From Betaproteobacteria bacterium (lineage in GTDB: Bacteria > Pseudomonadota > Gammaproteobacteria > Burkholderiales > SG8-39), in NCBI GenBank assembly GCA_052387375.1, contig JBQTJF010000142.1, forward strand, positions 1 through 48,505: a stretch of DNA of 48,505 bases. The letters are read 5' to 3'. Of the stretch, positions 42,633 to 48,505 are shown in pieces. The first letter of the stretch is position 1. Each line of letters starts with the position of its first letter. The notes beneath the pieces were generated by a model that saw only the letters and a list, made by a program, of their open reading frames with translations, had not been told where the DNA came from and did not search any database. The position numbers were made by a program, and so were the translations under genes.

Positions 42633-43831
42633 TTCCGCGGCAGCATCCCTGCGACGTGCTCCACGAGCTTGCGGGCCAGCTCGAGCTTCGGCCCGCGCCC
42701 GAGGGGATGCTCGCCGCGCTCGTCGAAGAGCGTGATGGCGTTCTCGTCGGCGCCCAGCGCGTCCCGCGCGAGGTTGGCCGCGAGCAGCGGGATCTTCTTC
42801 TTCGCGCGCTTGGCTTTCGCGTTCTCCGCCAGGTTCTCGCTTTCGGCGGCAAAGCCGACGCAAAGGGGCGGGTCCTTGAGCGAGGCGACGTAGCCGAGGA
42901 TGTCCGGATTCTCCTCGAACTCGAGCGCGAGACCCTTGCCGTTGGCCTTCTTGATCTTCTGCGCCGACGGATTCTTGACGCGGTAGTCGGCGACCGCGGC
43001 CACCGCGATGAAGATGTCGGCGTGCTTTACGTCCTTCTTCACCGCCTCGAACATCTCGTGCGCCGTGCGCACGTCGACCCTCGCTACGCCGGCCGGCGTC
43101 GGCAGCGATACCGGCCCGCTGATCAGCGTGACCTGGGCACCGGCTTCGCGCGCCGCGCGCGCTACGGCGTAGCCCATCTTGCCGGAGCTCCAGTTCGTCA
43201 GGACCCGGACCGGATCAACGGGCTCTTCGGTCGGCCCGGCGGTGACGACGATTCGCTTGCCTTGCAGGCGCTTCGGTCGAAAAAAAAACGCCACGTCGGC
43301 GAGGATGTCCGCGGGCTCGGTCATCCGTCCCATCCCGAGCTCGCCGCACGCCTGCTCGCCGGACGCCGGGCCGCTCACGAGCACGCCGTCGTCGCGCAGG
43401 ACCCTGGCGTTGCGCTGCGTCGCCGGGTTCTGCCACATCTCCACGTTCATCGCCGGCGCGATCATGAGCGGGCAGCGGCGGGCGAGGCAGAGCGTGGAAA
43501 GCAGGTCGTCGGCCAGGCCGCCGGCGAGCTTCGCCATGAAGTCCGCGCTCGCCGGGGCGACCAGGATCAGCTCCCGGTCACGCGAGAGCTCGACGTGGCC
43601 CATGTTGTCGGCCACCCGCGGGTCCCACAGGTCCGTCCATACCGGCTGTCCCGAGAGAGCCTGCAGCGTCGTAGGGGTAATGAAGCGCATGCCGGCTTCC
43701 GTCATGGCGACGCGTACGTCGGCGCCCGCCTTGGCGAGCAGCCGCACCAGCTCGGCGGCCTTGTAGGCCGCGATGCCGCCGCTGATGCCGAGAAGAATTC
43801 TCTTCCCCGTCAACGTCATCCGAACAGCCAC
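42629..43831 (-). CDS. coaBC: Bifunctional phosphopantothenoylcysteine decarboxylase / phosphopantothenate-cysteine ligase
   Basis: 400 aa. [20 protein letters not shown], and NWSSGKMG. The start could instead be the internal MTLTGK. Confidence 0.93.
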   Translation of the reverse strand: MAVRMTLTGKRILLGISGGIAAYKAAELVRLLAKAGADVRVAMTEAGMRFITPTTLQALSGQPVWTDLWDPRVADNMGHVELSRDRELILVAPASADFMAKLAGGLADDLLSTLCLARRCPLMIAPAMNVEMWQNPATQRNARVLRDDGVLVSGPASGEQACGELGMGRMTEPADILADVAFFFRPKRLQGKRIVVTAGPTEEPVDPVRVLTNWSSGKMGYAVARAAREAGAQVTLISGPVSLPTPAGVARVDVRTAHEMFEAVKKDVKHADIFIAVAAVADYRVKNPSAQKIKKANGKGLALEFEENPDILGYVASLKDPPLCVGFAAESENLAENAKAKRAKKKIPLLAANLARDALGADENAITLFDERGEHPLGRGPKLELARKLVEHVAGMLPRK

Positions 43832-43874
43832 CCGACCGTTAAGAGGAGGACGATTCTAAGGGAAAGCCCCGCTC

Positions 43875-44537
43875 ATGGCGATTTCGGACTGGCCGGCGGC
43901 CGAAAGGCCCCGCGAGCGGCTGCTGGAGAAAGGCGCCGCCCATTTGAGCGACGCGGAACTGGTGGCGGTGCTTCTGCGCACCGGCGTCCGCGGCAAGAGC
44001 GCGGTCGAGCTTGCCCGCGATTTGCTCGCCGCGGGCGGCATCAGCGGACTGCTGTCCGCGAAGATCGGCAGCGTGAAGGGGCTCGGACCGGCGAAGAGCG
44101 CGCAGCTGACCGCCGCCCTCGAGCTCGCGCGCCGCTCCATCCAGCAGGAGCTCAGGGACGGCGCCCTGCTGACTTCGCCGGGCGCGGTGCGCGATTACCT
44201 GCGCCTTGCCATCGGCGCGCGCGATCACGAGGTGTTCGTTTGCCTGTGGCTCGACGCGCAGCACCGCGTCATCGGCTTCGAGGAAGCGTTCCGCGGCACG
44301 CTGACGCAGACCAGCGTCTACCCCCGGGAGGTGGTCAAGGCGGGCCTGGCGCTGAACGCGGCGGCCGTGATCTTCGCGCACAACCACCCCTCCGGCGCCG
44401 CGCAGCCGAGCCAGGCGGACGAGCTTCTTACGCGCAACCTCAAGGAGGCCCTGGCCCTCGTCGACATCAAGGTTCTCGACCACTTCGTCGTGGCAGGCAA
44501 CCAGGCGATCTCCTTCGCCGAGCGCGGATTGGTGTAA
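43875..44537 (+). CDS. radC: RadC/YicR family JAMM-motif protein
   Basis: 220 aa. ERPRERLL..G...[14 protein letters not shown], and HNHPSG...PS..D. Core-genome position next to coaBC and rpmB-rpmG, as in E. coli. Confidence 0.9.
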   Translation: MAISDWPAAERPRERLLEKGAAHLSDAELVAVLLRTGVRGKSAVELARDLLAAGGISGLLSAKIGSVKGLGPAKSAQLTAALELARRSIQQELRDGALLTSPGAVRDYLRLAIGARDHEVFVCLWLDAQHRVIGFEEAFRGTLTQTSVYPREVVKAGLALNAAAVIFAHNHPSGAAQPSQADELLTRNLKEALALVDIKVLDHFVVAGNQAISFAERGLV

Positions 44538-44574
44538 AATCCGCGCCTTTCGCGAATTTCCCGGAGCTTTGCGA

Positions 44575-44817
44575 ATGTCCCGCGTCTGCCAAGTCACCGG
44601 CAAAAAGCCGATGAAGGGCCACCTCGTCTCGCACGCCAACAACAAGACCATCCGCACCTTCCAGCCCAACCTGCACTACCGGCGCTTCTGGCTCGAAAGC
44701 CAGAACCGCTGGGTGCGCCTGCGCGTGTCGACGGCCGGGCTGCGCCGCATCGACAAGCTCGGCGTCGAGGCGGTGCTCGCCGAGATCAAGGCAAGAGCCA
44801 AGTCGAAGGAGGCGTAG
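44575..44817 (+). CDS. rpmB: 50S ribosomal protein L28
   Basis: [30 protein letters not shown]. Confidence 0.95.
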   Translation: MSRVCQVTGKKPMKGHLVSHANNKTIRTFQPNLHYRRFWLESQNRWVRLRVSTAGLRRIDKLGVEAVLAEIKARAKSKEA

Positions 44818-44973
44818 ATGCGCGAGAAGATCAAGCTCGAGTCGTCGGCCGGCACCGGCCACTTCTACACCACCACCAAGAACAAGCGCACCACGCCCGA
44901 CAAGCTGGAGATCAAGAAGTACGATCCCAAGGCGCGCAAGCACGTGCTCTACAAGGAAGCCAAGCTCAAGTAG
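44818..44973 (+). CDS. rpmG: 50S ribosomal protein L33
   Basis: Not in the track (51 aa). My translation: [51 protein letters not shown]. The ATG directly abuts the rpmB TAG. Confidence 0.93.
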   Translation: MREKIKLESSAGTGHFYTTTKNKRTTPDKLEIKKYDPKARKHVLYKEAKLK

Positions 44974-44974
44974 G

Positions 44975-45008
44975 AAAAGAAAAGCCCGCGCCAGCGGGCT
45001 TTTCTTCT
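44975..45008. terminator. Bidirectional rho-independent terminator between rpmG and the desaturase gene
   Basis: GAAAAGAAAAGCCCGC-GCCA-GCGGGCTTTTCTTCTC. Confidence 0.85.
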
Positions 45009-45026
45009 CTGGGTAACGGGTGTGCG

Positions 45027-46205
45027 CTACGCGAGCGCGTAGGAGCGCAGGCGCCAGGAGAAATCGACGAGCGCCTGCACGCCGCTCGCCTCGGCGCGCC
45101 GGCACCAGTCCTGCAGCTGGCGCAGGAGCTGCTCCTTAGAGGCGCTCGAGCGTTCCCAGAGCGCGATCAGCTCCTGGCGCATCGCCACCACCGTGGCGAG
45201 CGCACGCGTCTTCTTCAGGGCCTCGGTGAGCTTCGCCGCCTCGGAGCCGGCGAGCGCCTGCCCGCGCAGCAGCGCGCGCTTCAGCGAGCGCAGCACCTCG
45301 GCGTCGCCCGGCGACCAGTGCTTCAGCCGCGCCATCTCCTCGGCGTAGGTCTTCTTCACCGACTTGGCGTAGCTCGACAAGACGTCGTAGCGGTTGGCGA
45401 TGACCGCGTGCAGGGTATCGAGGTCGGCGGCCAGCTTCGGCTCGGCGAAGCGCGGCTTCGGCGCCACCTTCTTGACCGTGGCGAGGCCGAGCGACTCCAG
45501 CGCCCTGATGTACATCCAGCCGATGTCGAACTCATACCACCTCGAGGACAGCTTGGCCGAGGAAGCAAAAGCGTGATGGTTGTTGTGCAGCTCTTCGCCG
45601 CCGATGAGGATGCCCCAGGGCACGATGTTCGTGCTCGCGTCGGCCACGTCGTAGTTGCGATAGCCGAAGAAATGTCCCACGCCGTTGATGACGCCCGCGG
45701 CCCAGAAAGGGATCCACGCCATCTGCACCAGCCACATCAGGGCCCCGGGCACGAGACCGAAGAGGCCGAGATAGGCGGCGAGCAGCGCGAACACGCCGAG
45801 CGCGGAGCGCGGCGTGTAGAGGTTGCGCTCGAGCCAGTCGTCCGGGGTGCCGTGGCCGTAGCGCTCCAGCGTCTCGCGGTTGTACGCCTCCTTGACGTAG
45901 AGGAGCACGCCGCCCCAGAGCACGCGGTTGATGCCGTAGATCTGCGGGCTGTGCGGGTCCTCGGCGGTCTCGCACTTTGCGTGGTGCTTGCGGTGGATGG
46001 CGGCCCACTCCTTGGTGACCATGCCGGTGCTGAGCCACAGCCAGAAGCGGAAGAAATGCGACACCACCGGATGAAGATCGAGGGCGCGATGCGCCTGGCA
46101 ACGGTGCAGGTAGATCGTCACGGCGGCGATCGTCACATGCGTGAGGCCGAGCGCGCACAGCAGATAGCCCCACCAGGGAAGATCGAGCAGGCCGGAGAAG
46201 ATCAT
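45027..46205 (-). CDS. Membrane fatty-acid (acyl-lipid/acyl-CoA delta-9-like) desaturase, DesA type
   Basis: 392 aa. Three His boxes (HRCQAH, HRKHH, and HNNHH with EELHNNHHAF) plus a long helical C-terminal extension. Confidence 0.85.
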   Translation of the reverse strand: MIFSGLLDLPWWGYLLCALGLTHVTIAAVTIYLHRCQAHRALDLHPVVSHFFRFWLWLSTGMVTKEWAAIHRKHHAKCETAEDPHSPQIYGINRVLWGGVLLYVKEAYNRETLERYGHGTPDDWLERNLYTPRSALGVFALLAAYLGLFGLVPGALMWLVQMAWIPFWAAGVINGVGHFFGYRNYDVADASTNIVPWGILIGGEELHNNHHAFASSAKLSSRWYEFDIGWMYIRALESLGLATVKKVAPKPRFAEPKLAADLDTLHAVIANRYDVLSSYAKSVKKTYAEEMARLKHWSPGDAEVLRSLKRALLRGQALAGSEAAKLTEALKKTRALATVVAMRQELIALWERSSASKEQLLRQLQDWCRRAEASGVQALVDFSWRLRSYALA

Positions 46206-46333
46206 GTAGTCAGTACCCTTGGACGTTTGTGGAAGGCGCGCGCCATTCTACGCGAACGGCCGGCGGTGGTCTTATGTCCCGTAAGCGCGCCTGCAAAAAG
46301 GACTTTTCTGGGACCGCGGGACTGCGGAATCGT

Positions 46334-47572
46334 TCACGCCCGGCGCTGGAAGGCCGCGGCGAAGAAGCCGTCGGTGCCGTGGCGGTGCGGCCACAGCTGC
46401 AGGCGCGCGCCGGTGTCGAGGGCGATGCGTTGCGCCGCGAGGAGCTCGGCACACGACAGCGGCTGGAAGTCCGCATGCCGCGCGCCGAAGGCCTCGACCA
46501 CCGCCTCGTTCTCGTCCTGCAGGATGCTGCAGGTCGCATAGACCAGCCGCCCGCCGGGCTTCACGAGCGGCGCCGCCGCGTCAAGGATGCGCCGCTGCTT
46601 TTCCGCCAGCTCGACGACGGCCTGCGGCCCGTGGCGCCATTTGAGATCGGGATTGCGGCGCAGCGTGCCGAAGCCGCTGCACGGGGCGTCGACCAGCACG
46701 CGGTCGAGCTTCGCCGCCAGGCGCTTGGCGCGCGGATCGTTCTCGCCCGAGAGGGCGATGGCATGGACGTTGGTGATGCCGGCGCGCGCCGCGCGCGGCG
46801 CGAGCGCCGACAGACGCTTGGCCGAGCTGTCGAGCGCATACACGCGGCCGGTGCCGCGCGTGAGCATGGCGATGGCGAGCGTCTTGCCGCCGGCGCCGGC
46901 GCAGTAGTCGGCCACCATCTCGCCGCGCCGCGGCCCGAGCAGCCAAGCGAGGAGCTGGCTGCCCTCGTCCTGCACCTCGACCAGCCCGTCGCGGAACAGG
47001 GGATGGCGGTTGATCGGCGGCTTGCCGGCAAGGCGGATTCCCGATGGAGAGTAGGGGGTCGCGGCGGCGTCGAGCTCGAGGCGGCGCAGCGCCTCCTCGC
47101 GGGAGATGCGGGCGAGGTTGACGCGCAAATCGAGCGGCGCCTGATTCAGGAGGCCGCGGGCGATTTCCGCCGCTTCTTCCGCGCCGCGCTGGGCGGCGAG
47201 CCGCTGCCACAGCCAATCGGGCAGGTCGGCGCGCACCGCATCGGGCAGCGCCTCGGCGCGCTGCGCCCGCAGGCGCGAGATGAGCGCTTCGTCGGCCAGT
47301 CCCTGCAGCGCACGCCCCGAGAGGCCGAGCACCTTGAGCAGCGCGGCGATGAGCAGCAGCCTGGGCTCGCCCGACTGCACCGCTGCCTCGAGGGAGCGCT
47401 TGCGCCGCAGCACCGCGAACACCGCCTCGGCGACGAAGGCGCGCTCGCGCTGGCCGAGTTGGCGCCGGCTGCGGAAATAGCGGGAAACGACCTCGTCCGC
47501 AGGGCCGGAAAAGTTCAGCGCCACGGCGAGCGCGGCCTCGGCGTGCGCCAGCGCGGCGGCGCCGACCTTCAC
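46334..47572 (-). CDS. rsmB: RsmB/NOP/Sun-family SAM-dependent RNA m5C methyltransferase
   Basis: 412 aa. VADYCAGAGGKT, DRVLVDAPCSGFGTLRRNPD, and LVYATCS. GTGA overlap with the upstream gene. Confidence 0.85.
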   Translation of the reverse strand: MKVGAAALAHAEAALAVALNFSGPADEVVSRYFRSRRQLGQRERAFVAEAVFAVLRRKRSLEAAVQSGEPRLLLIAALLKVLGLSGRALQGLADEALISRLRAQRAEALPDAVRADLPDWLWQRLAAQRGAEEAAEIARGLLNQAPLDLRVNLARISREEALRRLELDAAATPYSPSGIRLAGKPPINRHPLFRDGLVEVQDEGSQLLAWLLGPRRGEMVADYCAGAGGKTLAIAMLTRGTGRVYALDSSAKRLSALAPRAARAGITNVHAIALSGENDPRAKRLAAKLDRVLVDAPCSGFGTLRRNPDLKWRHGPQAVVELAEKQRRILDAAAPLVKPGGRLVYATCSILQDENEAVVEAFGARHADFQPLSCAELLAAQRIALDTGARLQLWPHRHGTDGFFAAAFQRRA

Positions 47573-48243
47573 GGCGCCGAGATCCGCTTCGCCACCTGGT
47601 CGTAGCGGGTGCCGTCGCGCTCGGTGACGAGGATGCGCACCGGCAGTCGGCCGAGCTGCGTCGCCAGCCAGATCTCGGCGCGCTCGTTCTCCTTCTCGCG
47701 CAGCAGCTTTACGGCGTCGAAGTCGCCGGCGGGCGTGTGCACCTTCTCGTGGCCGACGACCCGGTACTCGTGGTGCGACAGCCCGCCCTTGCCGTCGGCG
47801 ATGTTGAAGACGATCGGCCGCTCGAGCGCCGGCACGAACGACAGCGCGAGCAGGAAGGAAAGGCGGTCTTGCGCGTGCGGCGGCAGCGGCAGCGCGCGCC
47901 TTTCGCCCTTGTACTGCATGGTCACCGTGCCGCCCTGCCAGTCGAACCAGGCGCGCGCCGTGTCGCGGCCGGTGCGCTCGTCGGTGAACTCGAGCGGCCG
48001 CAGGCCATCGGCGGCGACCGCGCCGCGGCTCGTGCGCTTCGCCTTGCCGAGCAGGCGGTACAGCCCCGTGCCCCTCCAGGTCTCGGTCAGCTCGTAGCTG
48101 CCGTTGCCGTGGACCAGGCGCTCGTGCACCTCGGCGATCGCCGAGCCGTCGCGCCGCAGCTCGTACTCGATGTCGACCTGGCCCGGTGGCGCCGCCTGCG
48201 CCAGCAGCGCGGCGCTAAGCGGAAGCCAAGACCAGCTGCGCAT
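47569..48243 (-). CDS. DUF3108 domain protein, secreted
   Basis: ATG 48243: MRSWSWLPLSAALLAQAAPPG (signal peptide), with a beta-rich body. It sits between purN and rsmB, the position this family occupies in betaproteobacteria (from memory). Confidence 0.7.
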   Translation of the reverse strand: MRSWSWLPLSAALLAQAAPPGQVDIEYELRRDGSAIAEVHERLVHGNGSYELTETWRGTGLYRLLGKAKRTSRGAVAADGLRPLEFTDERTGRDTARAWFDWQGGTVTMQYKGERRALPLPPHAQDRLSFLLALSFVPALERPIVFNIADGKGGLSHHEYRVVGHEKVHTPAGDFDAVKLLREKENERAEIWLATQLGRLPVRILVTERDGTRYDQVAKRISAP

Positions 48244-48505
48244 CACCGCCCTTGACTTGTACGCGACCGGCCTCGATGGCCAGGCGATCCTCCAGGAACC
48301 AGCGCGCCGCGCGCGGGTAGATGACGTGCTCCTGCGCCAGGACGCGCGCCGCCAGGCTCGCCGCATCGTCGTCGCGGCGCACCGGCACGGCAGCCTGGAT
48401 GACGATCGGGCCGCCGTCGAGCTCGCTGGTGACGAAGTGCACCGTGCAGCCGTGCACCTTGACGCCGGCGGCGAGCGCGCGCTGGTGCGTGTGCAGGCCG
48501 GGGAA
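48215..48505 (-). CDS. purN: Phosphoribosylglycinamide formyltransferase, C-terminal part (gene runs off the right edge)
   Basis: ...FPGLHTHQRALAAGVKVHGCTVHFVTSELDGGPIVIQAAVPV...D....L..RV...EH. The frame is open to the window end. Confidence 0.88.
   Translation of the reverse strand, partial: FPGLHTHQRALAAGVKVHGCTVHFVTSELDGGPIVIQAAVPVRRDDDAASLAARVLAQEHVIYPRAARWFLEDRLAIEAGRVQVKGGDAQLVLASA

Noticed and set aside
43875-44537. RadC as a marker of a mobile element or anti-restriction island.
   Set aside because: It sits in the conserved core arrangement dut-coaBC / radC-rpmB-rpmG, as in E. coli. No integrase, repeats or compositional break lie nearby.

Overview
This is a very GC-rich chromosomal segment, roughly two-thirds G+C by eye. 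It is densely packed with about 57 protein genes plus one RNase P RNA. Gene order looks like betaproteobacterial core genome (inference from synteny): ftsK / crp-like / trxB; yraN-diaA-dolP-hldC with divergent rsmI-pyrC; pntAA-pntAB-pntB; hyi-glcDEF; icd; cspA; clpS-clpA; dut-coaBC / radC-rpmB-rpmG; purN-DUF3108-rsmB. I saw no tRNA, rRNA, CRISPR array, transposase, integrase, phage genes or recognisable defence genes, so this is not an obvious accessory island, and I cannot point to a clear-cut novel system. Most long ORFs in the track that lie antisense to the genes below are GC-driven shadow ORFs.

The most unusual architecture is at 23.8-33.4 kb. The glycolate oxidase operon is split by a small opposite-strand membrane-protein gene. 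glcF is then chained by ATGA/TTGA overlaps to a cytoplasmic molybdopterin oxidoreductase, a PAS-PAS-GGDEF cyclase and an ATPase-less betaine-type binding-protein/permease fusion.

Other points worth a second look:
- rhlE has no canonical start codon and lies in frame with the upstream hypothetical gene across a single TGA.
- hldC seems to need a CTG start.
- An orphan HipB-like XRE gene sits behind a perfect 20-bp palindrome.
- A 59-aa lysine-rich secreted ORF is absent from the track.
- Six of ten convergent gene pairs share a 4-nt palindromic double stop (CTAG or TTAA).

Start codons are inferred by eye and are less certain than product calls.
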